Shown here one piece after another: positions 8,666 through 17,384 of a stretch of DNA of 34,644 bases; the first letter of the stretch is position 1, and the number at the start of each line of letters is the position of its first letter. The notes beneath the pieces were generated by a model. The model saw only the letters and a program-made list of their open reading frames with translations. It did not search any database and was not told the DNA's origin. The DNA comes from a virus: the IMG/VR virus record IMGVR_UViG_3300031965_000001, positions 71,267-105,910 of that record. The stretch is one strand, 5' to 3'. A program made the translations under genes and the position numbers.

Positions 8666-9034
8666 ATGAAAAGAGCAAAATACCCAAGCGTGCCAGCACC
8701 CGTCAGACAGCGCATCAAAGAACTGTCTGAAAAAGAAGGGGTACACAAGAGAGTCGTCGCAGATGCCCTCGGTGTCTCGCCACCCACTCTCTACAAAATC
8801 ATCGGCGGTAAAAATTTCCGTGTCAGCCAGAAGACACTTAGGCTCATCAATAAATTCGATGAGTCAAAGATCACCGACAAATCTTCTCCGAAGAAAATCA
8901 CGATCAAGAGGGAAGACATTATTGCGTCGAGGGGTGATACGAAGATGATCATTGACTCGGTGACATCTATTCTCGAATCATCGGACATCGACAGTGATGA
9001 AAAGGTGTTTGCGTGTCTGAAAATTCTGGGCTAA
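8666..9034 (+). CDS. helix-turn-helix (XRE/Cro-like) regulator
   Basis: KRVVADALGVSPPTLYKIIGG; promoter TTGACA-N17-TAACCT at 8607-8635. Confidence 0.85.
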   Translation: MKRAKYPSVPAPVRQRIKELSEKEGVHKRVVADALGVSPPTLYKIIGGKNFRVSQKTLRLINKFDESKITDKSSPKKITIKREDIIASRGDTKMIIDSVTSILESSDIDSDEKVFACLKILG

Positions 9035-9140
9035 GATTGTATTTCTGGGGTCTTAGGTTGTCTGGAAGCCCGAGGGGTCGGGGAAAATAGGGGACAAGAG
9101 TAATCTTGCTCTCCTTTTTTCTAAGGTGTAAAATACATAC

Positions 9141-9494
9141 ATGGCTCGGAAGATACATTCTAATGTACATCATTTGGCAGCCACATCCAGGGGCGGCACA
9201 AACCACCCAGACAACAAAAAAAGAATGGAAGTCAAAGACCACAACGCGCTCCACAGAATTTTTGGCAACCAGCTTCCTCATGAACAAATTCTTTCCATCC
9301 TACAATTTAACAAGGGAATTTTCAGGGAGGATTTTCTGAGATGCATCGCATCTCATATTCTTTCACATAGGCACGAAGAAATGTATCAGCCGCAAGCCAT
9401 AGCAAAAGATAGGCTGGAAAGTATGACGACTGTGATCTCAGACGATCTCTTAAAACTTGTACAAAATGGAGAAAATCCCCATCCTGAAAAATGA
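9141..9494 (+). CDS. HNH-like protein
   Basis: HH...SRGG.N...N........H...H..FGN..P.EQI; leaderless start after TAAAAT 9129-9134. Confidence 0.65.
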   Translation: MARKIHSNVHHLAATSRGGTNHPDNKKRMEVKDHNALHRIFGNQLPHEQILSILQFNKGIFREDFLRCIASHILSHRHEEMYQPQAIAKDRLESMTTVISDDLLKLVQNGENPHPEK

Positions 9495-9747
9495 TGAACA
9501 CAGTACTGATCACCATTATGCTATCCAGTTTTGTATGTTCTGTCCTAATAGGTTCGTACATCATCTTCTCCGAAATCAGCCTGAGAAAATCTCTTATCAC
9601 AATTTTTTTGGGGTTAGCTATTGCCTTTTTTGTTTTGGTACGCTAGGATATCACCAGTTCTTTGAAAATGAGTCTTCTGTCTTGGCATGGCTGAACAAGT
9701 CTTTGTGCGAAGGACTAAGGCACAATGAATCGTCCGAAGGGGCGTGA
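9457..9747 (+). CDS. hypothetical protein with two CxxC motifs
   Basis: CMFC...CLFC; overlaps the end of the upstream gene. Confidence 0.55.
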   Translation: MYKMEKIPILKNDEHSTDHHYAIQFCMFCPNRFVHHLLRNQPEKISYHNFFGVSYCLFCFGTLGYHQFFENESSVLAWLNKSLCEGLRHNESSEGA

Positions 9748-9812
9748 AGTTGGTTCCCGAAAGATATTACCTATCTTTCATTTCGCTCTAGGGATGCAGG
9801 TAATATCTCGAA

Positions 9813-10115
9813 TTGATCTCCGAGATGAAAGACTCCTGCTGCCAAGACAGAGGACTTAGAGAACAATGGCAATTGGAATTGTTAAGAGAAAGTGGTATTA
9901 TGTGTCCTGTGTACGAACATGACAATGCGAGGCTCGTAGAGACCTACAGGGAACAGCTTCAAAAAAACAGCGGGGACGAACCCAGAATGGAAAAATTAAT
10001 GGAGGATATCGAGGAATCTCACTACATGGATGGATACATAACAAGTATCCAATTTGAGAGCCTATTTTCTCTCTACCAAGAATTAACAGGGGACTATTCT
10101 GTTTTGCGCCCCTAA
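9813..10115 (+). CDS. hypothetical protein
   Basis: 100-aa acidic ORF in a + strand run; start uncertain. Confidence 0.6.
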   Translation: MISEMKDSCCQDRGLREQWQLELLRESGIMCPVYEHDNARLVETYREQLQKNSGDEPRMEKLMEDIEESHYMDGYITSIQFESLFSLYQELTGDYSVLRP

Positions 10116-10190
10116 CAACATATCTATGGATTGTCTATTGTAATATATGGCAATTTCTGCTAGAATTGTTTACGATTTTTCCACTATATT

Positions 10191-10454
10191 ATGCCAGCTA
10201 TATTCATTATCGGCTCCATCGCGTTCTCCGTGTCGCTCTTCACCCTAGCGGTGCTGTTCGCCTGTCCACAAATCGTAGACCTGATCATCTACAGGTTACA
10301 GGATGCGAGAGAGTATCTAAAAGAAGAGAGGTCGAATGAGACCCCTGTTCATAAACTGGCAAAGCTGATCTGCTTGGCGCATCTGGATTGGAAATTCTGG
10401 ACAATCTATCTAGCCCTTGGTATCACCATGGGCTTTCTCATTGGAAGACTATGA
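10191..10454 (+). CDS. two-TM membrane protein
   Basis: hydrophobic termini; promoter TTGTAA-N17-TAGAAT at 10138-10166. Confidence 0.7.
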   Translation: MPAIFIIGSIAFSVSLFTLAVLFACPQIVDLIIYRLQDAREYLKEERSNETPVHKLAKLICLAHLDWKFWTIYLALGITMGFLIGRL

Positions 10455-10726
10455 AAAAATACGAAGATGTAAAAATCGACGGCGGTGATCAGATCAGCCT
10501 CGTTAAATTATCAGGACACAAAATCAGAGATATTAGGGGATACATTATTGAAGATGAATATGAAGAAAAGATATTTATTTTATCAGAGATAATTTCTGAA
10601 AATGGAACGATTGTTGATGTCCAATCAGAAAATGAATGTGCATATTTAGATGATTATAAGGAGGGGGTTCTCACACATGCGCTCCTTGAAAGTGTCTATA
10701 ATTCCGATCCCAATAACCTAGTATAA
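10451..10726 (+). CDS. hypothetical acidic protein
   Basis: ATGA overlap with the upstream gene. Confidence 0.7.
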   Translation: MKKYEDVKIDGGDQISLVKLSGHKIRDIRGYIIEDEYEEKIFILSEIISENGTIVDVQSENECAYLDDYKEGVLTHALLESVYNSDPNNLV

Positions 10727-11113
10727 AATACATGCCATGTCCCCTTTGCCATAGGCGCGGAGACACTAGGCTAGTAACACTATCGAAGGTTATGGCTAAA
10801 TTGAAAAATATTGGCATTGAAGAAGAACCGAAGACTTCTTGTTGATGCCATTCTTGAGTTGGATTTCTACCTCGACTCAAAGGGATACGCCCCCCAAATA
10901 TAATTGAGAGCTAGGGAGCCTCTATTTCTATAGGGGGTAGTCTATATACAGATAAATGGGGGTATGGATTGTATTGTTAGGCAAGTACCTATAAATTTTT
11001 CGTAGGATTAGAGATGTATAAGTAAAAAATAATAACTCCACTTAAGCGGGGTTGACGGCGGTGAGAAAATAGGGGGTGGTATACTATGGCGAGGCGGCTA
11101 GTGATAGCCATAG

Positions 11114-11145
11114 AAAAAAGCCGCAACCTGTAAAGGTTGCGGCTT
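11114..11145 (-). terminator. intrinsic terminator of the leftward 13.0-11.2 kb operon
   Basis: 12-bp stem AAGCCGCAACCT/AGGTTGCGGCTT, 4-nt loop, U-tract on the minus strand. Confidence 0.88.
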
Positions 11146-11162
11146 GCTATTCTCTCCACGTA

Positions 11163-11492
11163 CTAGCGCATAGAAGATGAGGAGCTGCTGCTACCGGTAG
11201 CGGTCCCGTCCCGATGTCCACCCGCAGCAATCCCGTTCGGATTCGATATTATCCCCATTCCGAATGCAAGGGATACGCATAGGGCCCCTGTTAGGAAAGC
11301 GTGAAGGGAGGCCCGCCGCCGGATAGGTACTATGCGGCTTGTAACACTCGCGCGTACTCTCTTTTTCATGGCGCTTTTTTTGTCGCGTTGCGTCCTACCC
11401 ATATATTTCACGTGTTCCGATCGCCACGTAGTACCGTTTTTTTTCGCCGATGGTGTATTGTTAATCCGTATTATAGTATTAAGATCGTGCAT
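11163..11492 (-). CDS. hypothetical basic protein with one TM
   Basis: 109 aa; leader ttttccccttcacacaATG. Confidence 0.65.
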   Translation of the reverse strand: MHDLNTIIRINNTPSAKKNGTTWRSEHVKYMGRTQRDKKSAMKKRVRASVTSRIVPIRRRASLHAFLTGALCVSLAFGMGIISNPNGIAAGGHRDGTATGSSSSSSSMR

Positions 11493-11522
11493 TGTGTGAA
11501 GGGGAAAAGAAAAAAAGAAATT

Positions 11523-11705
11523 CTATGAATGACGCAAGTCATGCCATGCATTCCTACGTTGCTCTATATATTCACGGAAACGTGAAGGAGAAAATTTGTC
11601 ATTGTCCCGCTTAAAACTGTCGCAGAGGGAGGAAATAAGCTGATCGCTTGCTTGCCAGTCTGCCAGTGAAGAGGCGATCATATTATAGTATTTACGTGAA
11701 AGCAT
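11523..11705 (-). CDS. small conserved phage hypothetical protein
   Basis: MLSRKYY.MIA...L...F.RDN.KF...RF pattern; CU-rich leader. Confidence 0.75.
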   Translation of the reverse strand: MLSRKYYNMIASSLADWQASDQLISSLCDSFKRDNDKFSPSRFREYIEQRRNAWHDLRHS

Positions 11706-11732
11706 TAGAGGGAAAGGAAAGAAGTAAAAAAA

Positions 11733-11990
11733 TTATCGTGCAAGTATCGCTAAGCCTTTTTCGTGTAGCTCTTTTATTTTTTTCTCTGTTAGGCGTTTGA
11801 CTGTACCGTGTTCATGCCCTACGCCTGTAGGTACACTTTCGATCATGTTCCCGCGTTGCGTATAGGACCATTCACTAGTACGCACTCCGTTTCCAGCGTA
11901 TGCGGTCCGATATATTTTTTTGTTCTCTTCATCCTGCGTTTCCGCCTTCCATCCCACTAGTGCGCTTTTTCTGTAGTACGTTTTCATCAA
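11733..11990 (-). CDS. hypothetical protein
   Basis: 85 aa; CU-rich leader. Confidence 0.7.
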   Translation of the reverse strand: MMKTYYRKSALVGWKAETQDEENKKIYRTAYAGNGVRTSEWSYTQRGNMIESVPTGVGHEHGTVKRLTEKKIKELHEKGLAILAR

Positions 11991-12063
11991 AAAGAGAGGA
12001 AAAGAAACAAAAAGCCCGTTGGCATGATAATGAACCTAAAAATTGCCGATGATATAACTCTCT

Positions 12064-12213
12064 TTACTTCCATATTTTCGACGTAAAGCGGTCGATTGCC
12101 TCCATGTCTCGCCGCTTGCCTAGTTCTACGGCTTCGTGCTCTGCCTGACGTAGCGCGGAGCGGTTGAGATTTTCCATGTCGGCGTTGGTTGTTGGTTGTT
12201 CTTTTTTGTGCAT
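12064..12213 (-). CDS. small hypothetical protein (49 aa, below the ORF-track cutoff)
   Basis: MHKKEQPTTNADMENL...; leader attttccccttcaccctATG. Confidence 0.6.
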   Translation of the reverse strand: MHKKEQPTTNADMENLNRSALRQAEHEAVELGKRRDMEAIDRFTSKIWK

Positions 12214-12252
12214 AGGGTGAAGGGGAAAATGTATAAAAGAGAAAACGGTGAA

Positions 12253-12846
12253 TTATCGGTAAAAGTCTTCCATCAAGTCGTATATATATTTTGAAAGCCC
12301 ACCGCTTTCGTCTATTTTATTTTGTATCATGCATTCTATAATTGTCCCGACCTGGTTATGATCGAGTTCTTCCGTGTCGTCAAGATTCCAGTCGTCAATA
12401 TAACTTGAATAATGCGATGAAAAGCCGTCGCACGATGTGAAGTCTTCTTTTATTTTTTCACGTAGTTTTTCACGGTCAACCATCTTGACTAGTCTTTTCA
12501 CTTCAGCCTCTTCAATATCCGCAAAAATCCTATCGGTTGCAAAATTGTATTCTCGCGGGCTATCGAGGCTTTCATACTTCAATTCTATTTCATTGTCTTC
12601 CGAGAATCTTTTTGCATACTCTTCGGCGTATTCTTTCATCATTCCTTTATAGTCTGCTCTATCTTCTCGCTCTTCCCAAATTGCATCAATCCTCTTTTCG
12701 TACTCCTCTTCCGTTTCTTTGTCTTTTTTAGGGTTATCATCTTTCAAGTTGTACGCATCAGACTCCGATAGGCATAGTGCCTCTTCCACCTTTTCCATAG
12801 ACCACGACTCATAGAATCCATCGAATGGTATTGTGGTGCTTTGCAT
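12253..12846 (-). CDS. highly acidic phage protein (candidate DNA mimic / anti-restriction)
   Basis: about 28% D+E by hand count; IPF.GFYES, SPREYNF.TDRI and FTS.DGF.S motifs; first gene after tandem promoters. Confidence 0.6.
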   Translation of the reverse strand: MQSTTIPFDGFYESWSMEKVEEALCLSESDAYNLKDDNPKKDKETEEEYEKRIDAIWEEREDRADYKGMMKEYAEEYAKRFSEDNEIELKYESLDSPREYNFATDRIFADIEEAEVKRLVKMVDREKLREKIKEDFTSCDGFSSHYSSYIDDWNLDDTEELDHNQVGTIIECMIQNKIDESGGLSKYIYDLMEDFYR

Positions 12847-12965
12847 AGGATGAATGTTGTAAGCCGGAAGCCGTCCGGCGCGGCGGGGAAGTGTGCCCGT
12901 GTATAGAGCGTCAATAGTCGCTCTTTCCTATGGTGTGAATGATCGTTTTCTTACGTTGCTATGCC

Positions 12966-13069
12966 ATTATAGTTTACAGTTTTATATGGTGCAAGGAACA
13001 GGGCTTTACAATTCTATTGTTTCTGTTCTTTACTATACATATTATAGTATAGTTTTATACTATTGTCAA
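12966..13069 (-). promoter_or_regulatory. two tandem near-consensus sigma70 promoters
   Basis: TTGACA-N17-TATAAT (13069-13041) and TTGCAC-N17-TATAAT (12994-12966); palindrome ATAGTATA-N4-TATACTAT at 13044-13063. Confidence 0.9.
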
Positions 13070-13301
13070 TATCGTATATGGCTATTCTAAGCCCTTTTTC
13101 TTGCTTTTTGAGGCGATCTGTGCTATACTGTAGACCATGAGTAAACTACAGAATAGGCTACAATATGCGAAAATAGTCAAATTTTCGGCAAGATTTGAAA
13201 GTGTCATATTTTCAGAATATGGCAAATACAGGAATGAGAGGCAAGCGTGTAGCAAGCGTGTGGCAAAAATCTGGGCAAAAAGTTGGCGAGAAATCTGATA
13301 C

Positions 13302-13395
13302 AAAAAACCGTAGTTGCCGCATGTAGTCGACGACCACGGTTCTCTGCCTTTTTTATTCCTTACCCCACCATTCTATGCACAAAAATGGTTGAGAT
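13302..13395 (-). ncRNA. candidate ~94-nt small RNA
   Basis: promoter TTGACT-N17-TACCAT (13430-13402); 5' hairpin starting at the predicted +1; purine-rich linker; terminator hairpin + U6; no meaningful ORF. Confidence 0.65.
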
Positions 13396-13652
13396 GAAGG
13401 AATGGTAGCAGAAACAATGTCGAGAGTCAAGGGTTTAGGATGAAAAAATCTGTATGTCTGTATTTTCTTGCGGCGCGAGAGAATAGAATACAATCATCTC
13501 CATTATTTACGATCTCTCACACTATAACACTCTCACAAAAATAATATCAGTCTCACTCACAAAACGATTAGTGTCACAAAATAAGAAATAAGAAAGACCA
13601 TAATACCCATGAAATCATTTACTTCCATTGAACGATCATGTATATTCATTCC

Positions 13653-13922
13653 ATGAGTAACGACGACATTGCGCCTCAACGATCGGATACTCCGTCCGTG
13701 TCTGATAACGTAGAATACAGTGCTGCTGCGTTGGCGAGCGGCGAAGGATACGATGTTAGAGATTTCACGAACCTTCTGTATTCTTACTATGTCCTGTACA
13801 AAAATGGTGAAAAATCACTTTCTGAATTCTTGAGAGAACCAGACGAAACAGGCAAGGTTTCAGAAAATTCTGCGGATCAAAAGACCAAATACAATCAAGA
13901 TCATCCCTCTAGGCTATCTTAG
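13653..13922 (+). CDS. hypothetical protein (leaderless)
   Basis: TTTACT-N17-TATATT (13618-13646), 6-nt gap, then ATG 13653. Confidence 0.65.
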   Translation: MSNDDIAPQRSDTPSVSDNVEYSAAALASGEGYDVRDFTNLLYSYYVLYKNGEKSLSEFLREPDETGKVSENSADQKTKYNQDHPSRLS

Positions 13923-14051
13923 CCCAAAAAACAAACAACCTCTCTCCTACGCTCTATAAATACCCTCATACGATTTCCGTTTTCGTTTTGATTCTAATTC
14001 CCATTCCTCTCCCTCATTCTGAAATGGAAGTGGAGCAGGGGGGTGGGGGTA

Positions 14052-14120
14052 TGATGTGATCATATTGTGATGTTATCAATTTGACATGATGTGATCATTA
14101 TAATAAAATTGATGTGATCA
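14052..14120 (+). promoter_or_regulatory. promoter overlapped by four TGATGT(G/T)ATCA boxes
   Basis: TTGACA(14081)-N17-TAAAAT; boxes at 14052, 14068, 14087, 14110. Confidence 0.85.
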
Positions 14121-14145
14121 TTTTTATTTTTACCCAAAATTCATC

Positions 14146-14505
14146 ATGGCACGAAAGAATCAGCAGCATGTATCCACTATCGCATGGGAGAAGGCGGCGC
14201 AAAAGGAGTTAGCGCAAAGCATCGCAAAGAAGCATGGCTTCAAGAGCCTATCTCGATTTATGAGACAGTCTCTAAATTTTATTGTTTTGAAAGAAGCTGA
14301 GGCTGGTTCATTTTTTGCGGAAATAATCGAAAAACAAAAACAACCCGTTTCTCTCGCTCAAAAATTCGATTCTGTCACTTTCGATAGTGATGTGATCAAT
14401 TCTGAAAATGATGTGATCATTGATAAGGTGGCTACACATAGCGAAGAACCAAAGGAGAAGGCGCAAGGTAAAGAATTGCTAGCACCATGGGATATAGAGG
14501 AATAA
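14146..14505 (+). CDS. ribbon-helix-helix (CopG/ParG-like) DNA-binding protein
   Basis: beta strand VSTIAW, helix KELAQSIAKKHG, then SLSRFMRQSL; acidic tail; two more boxes inside the gene at 14388 and 14409. Confidence 0.65.
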   Translation: MARKNQQHVSTIAWEKAAQKELAQSIAKKHGFKSLSRFMRQSLNFIVLKEAEAGSFFAEIIEKQKQPVSLAQKFDSVTFDSDVINSENDVIIDKVATHSEEPKEKAQGKELLAPWDIEE

Positions 14506-14982
14506 TTAGGATTCTATTCTGACCCCTATCAACACCAATAGAATTTGGCTTTTGTTAGCCATTTCGTAAAAAGCGATTATTTTAATTTTTGGGAGAGATG
14601 TTGCGCGAAACACCACATAATTTAGAGTTTTATGGCTTGTTAGAGCGAAGTTATGGGATTTTTGGGAACTTTTGGTGGATTTGGCTTTGGACTTGGTTAA
14701 TGTTCACCCCTACGATTTCGGTTTATTTTTGGCTTACTACAGCCATTTCTGTTTTTCTGTTTGGGCTGGCAGGGAGGGGAATAAAGCGTAGGCAGTGAGA
14801 GTGGGCTAACCCTTGCCACAAAAATGGGCAGATTTTGAATGATTTTTTTAGAGCTACACGAAACCAAAAAGAACAAAAACACCTCCCTATACCCATATAA
14901 ACTAGTTCCCTATACAACCTCAATCCTAATCAATGAGAAAATATCAAAAGCGAAAAGAGTACAGGGGGCATGAATTGATCCA

Positions 14983-15228
14983 TCACTTTCCATTTCTCAA
15001 ATACTCTACAATTGCCTTTTCTCTCCTTTCCTTGCTTATGTGGAATAATTCGGGATTCTCCTCTACTACATCAAGTATATGGTCTAAGAATCGTGAGTGG
15101 GATTGTCTACTGTTATATATTCCTATCTTTGGGGCAAATGACCTTATTCTCTCCCATGTATCCTTTCTTATGTCTCTTAGGTAATATCTTTTTTTTCTGT
15201 ATTGGTATTTGCTTCCTTTTACTGGCAT
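14983..15228 (-). CDS. small basic hypothetical protein (leaderless)
   Basis: TTGCAA-N16-TAAATT, 6-nt gap, then ATG 15228. Confidence 0.65.
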   Translation of the reverse strand: MPVKGSKYQYRKKRYYLRDIRKDTWERIRSFAPKIGIYNSRQSHSRFLDHILDVVEENPELFHISKERREKAIVEYLRNGK

Positions 15229-15295
15229 ACGCACAATTTACACCCTGCACATTTATTTGCAAGCCGCGAAAAAATCCCCTAAATCTCCCCATTTC

Positions 15296-15655
15296 TCATT
15301 GATTCAATTCTTTCTCCCATTCTTCAATTGTATCTTTCGCTGTTTCTATCGCCTCCACAGCCTCTTCAATTTCATTCTGTAAATCATCTATTTCATCTCG
15401 CGAGTCTTGCAGCTCTTTTTGTAAATCTATGATTTCATTGTGAAGGTCTGCTTTTTCATTTTCTAGTTTATCATTGTCTTCTAAGAGTTCTTTTATCGTA
15501 TCATCCTTGTATTCAACACGCAATTCATCAATTATTTCTGCCGCTAATTCCCGCAATTTTTTTAGGTTTTCCGTTTTTTCATCATCTAATTTCACTCCAT
15601 GCAATTTCAAAATCTCTTTTACCGCCTCAATCTTTGAATTTCTATCATTAGTCAT
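15296..15655 (-). CDS. acidic coiled-coil protein (leaderless)
   Basis: heptad repeats; TTGACT-N17-TATAAT (15691-15663), 7-nt gap, then ATG 15655. Confidence 0.75.
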   Translation of the reverse strand: MTNDRNSKIEAVKEILKLHGVKLDDEKTENLKKLRELAAEIIDELRVEYKDDTIKELLEDNDKLENEKADLHNEIIDLQKELQDSRDEIDDLQNEIEEAVEAIETAKDTIEEWEKELNQ

Positions 15656-15687
15656 GGCAAGAATTATAAGTAAAATAAAGGTAAAAG

Positions 15688-15993
15688 TCAAAGTTCTTCA
15701 CTTGCTTCGGGAAAGAAAAAACACCGTACAAATACCAGCAAATTCTCATACTCTCCTCTCTCATCCTTCTCTGTGTCATGCCACCTCTTCCGTGTTGGAT
15801 AAATGTCTAATCGGTTGTTTATTCTCACTTGGTATAATTCATTGCCCGATGAATGGAGAACGATACACTTGTACCCTTCGGATTCTAAAATTTTGAATAG
15901 AGGATATTGTGATTCTCTCACTTTCTGCTTATCCTTTTTGTTAGCCTGCTTTATCACACGACCGACAATAGCAGTATCTGAATCGTGAGACAT
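15688..15993 (-). CDS. hypothetical protein
   Basis: 101 aa; TAATG coupling to the upstream gene. Confidence 0.7.
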   Translation of the reverse strand: MSHDSDTAIVGRVIKQANKKDKQKVRESQYPLFKILESEGYKCIVLHSSGNELYQVRINNRLDIYPTRKRWHDTEKDERGEYENLLVFVRCFFFPEASEEL

Positions 15994-16289
15994 TATACTT
16001 TATGAGAAAGATAACCGCACCAAATACACTCGTAGCAGCTCCGTTCCTCTTTCGTATTCAACTTTCTTCCGCAATCACATATCTCCTCTGTTTCTTGGCA
16101 GAGAGGGGAAAGGTGACTAAGAAACCCTATAGGGTCACGGGTAGCCCATGCACAAGCGTCTGCAATGATGAAAACAAGGTTATGATCTTCGATCCATTCA
16201 TCAGCGTGCCAATGTAGGATTCTCTTCCCATCAATGGAAAGCTCTATTGTATCGCCTGTCATTTTAATGTCGGTTCGTGCTGTTTTCAT
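15993..16289 (-). CDS. hypothetical protein with C-terminal zinc finger (leaderless)
   Basis: CDCG...CYECIWC; TTGACT-N17-TACACT at 16325-16297. Confidence 0.75.
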   Translation of the reverse strand: MKTARTDIKMTGDTIELSIDGKRILHWHADEWIEDHNLVFIIADACAWATRDPIGFLSHLSPLCQETEEICDCGRKLNTKEERSCYECIWCGYLSHKV

Positions 16290-16321
16290 GGTTAGAAGTG
16301 TAGCGAACTAGATAGGAATAG

Positions 16322-16675
16322 TCAAGAGTTTTCTTCTGATTCTTGAAGGTGATCTTCGTACAAAAGAGAGTATACAGAGACATTATATTTATCCTCAATC
16401 CATTTCCAAATGTGTTCTATGTTAGTTCCTTTACTAAAATTCATGAAATTTTCCTCAATCTCTCCATTGTCATTTACTGGAATATCACCCAACTTTTCCC
16501 ATATTTCTCTTAATTCCTTTCTGTTTCCTTCGTATTTAGAGCTATCACAATCGGAACAGGCATTTTTGGGGTCTGCATCACAATCATCATGGTCACGGAT
16601 TTCGTATGTAATATTTTCAGGACATTCCACATCTGTAACGCATCCTCCATGGACATGTATTACAATGTTTTTCAT
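16322..16675 (-). CDS. conserved phage hypothetical protein
   Basis: W..LGDIPVND.GEIEE.F..F..GT..E.IW.W.E pattern. Confidence 0.75.
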   Translation of the reverse strand: MKNIVIHVHGGCVTDVECPENITYEIRDHDDCDADPKNACSDCDSSKYEGNRKELREIWEKLGDIPVNDNGEIEENFMNFSKGTNIEHIWKWIEDKYNVSVYSLLYEDHLQESEENS

Positions 16676-16745
16676 GATAATAATTGGTAAAAAGTAATCT
16701 TAGTCTATCATATATTTGAATAAATAGCAATAGTTTTATATGTAC

Positions 16746-17030
16746 TTAATAGTAAATACCAGCAAAATCATATAATTCCTCCATGTACTGTTTCGTTTCC
16801 TCGCTTGCACCTTGGCATAAATCCATTAAACGAATTTGATTGATACTATCGAACATGGCAATCATATAGCCAGTATTGTCGCCTACGTTCTTAATGTCCT
16901 TAATCCTATTTATTTTTTCAGTAGCGTATCCATAAGTATCATCATATCCGTTCCAAATGAAAATACACATTTCTTTTATTTCGTTAAAAACCTTATCGGG
17001 CGGTGGGGTGTATAAATCGAAATCAGTCAT
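16746..17030 (-). CDS. hypothetical protein
   Basis: 94 aa; CU-rich leader. Confidence 0.75.
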   Translation of the reverse strand: MTDFDLYTPPPDKVFNEIKEMCIFIWNGYDDTYGYATEKINRIKDIKNVGDNTGYMIAMFDSINQIRLMDLCQGASEETKQYMEELYDFAGIYY

Positions 17031-17054
17031 TTTTAAGAGGGTGAAAAGAAATAA

Positions 17055-17240
17055 TTATTTACATTTATCACATTCACAACCATCAAAGTGTGTTTTTTTA
17101 TTTCTACACTCGGGACATTGAATATATTTCTCAAGTGGAAGAGAATCCATTTCATCTGTAGGTTCATAACAGTTTGTGCAGCCTTCATTGTCGCAAAGTC
17201 GTACTAACATTTTGCTGTTAGGTATGAGCAACGACCGCAC
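17055..17240 (-). CDS. small Cys-rich protein
   Basis: multiple Cys pairs in 61 aa. Confidence 0.6.
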   Translation of the reverse strand: MRSLLIPNSKMLVRLCDNEGCTNCYEPTDEMDSLPLEKYIQCPECRNKKTHFDGCECDKCK

Positions 17241-17383
17241 ATTTCATCATATTCAAATTGTTCTTTCGTAATCTCTTCACCGCAATCACACAACGCAGTT
17301 TCAGGCTTACAACCCTCTTTGCATTCCGAACAAATATCAGAATTTTCAATGAGTGCCGATGAACAACAATTACTAATAAGCAT
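17204..17383 (-). CDS. small Cys-rich protein
   Basis: MLISNCC...CSECKEGC...CDCG...CGRC; start placed just after the upstream stop. Confidence 0.6.
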   Translation of the reverse strand: MLISNCCSSALIENSDICSECKEGCKPETALCDCGEEITKEQFEYDEMCGRCSYLTAKC

Positions 17384-17384
17384 A

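Noticed and set aside
13082-13303. 73-aa minus-strand ORF and + strand ORF 12893..13090
   Set aside because: They overlap promoters and repeats, have non-ATG starts and no recognisable protein features
14589-14798. Hydrophobic 69-aa ORF
   Set aside because: TTG start with no promoter or leader support; T-rich sequence explains the hydrophobicity; left uncalled
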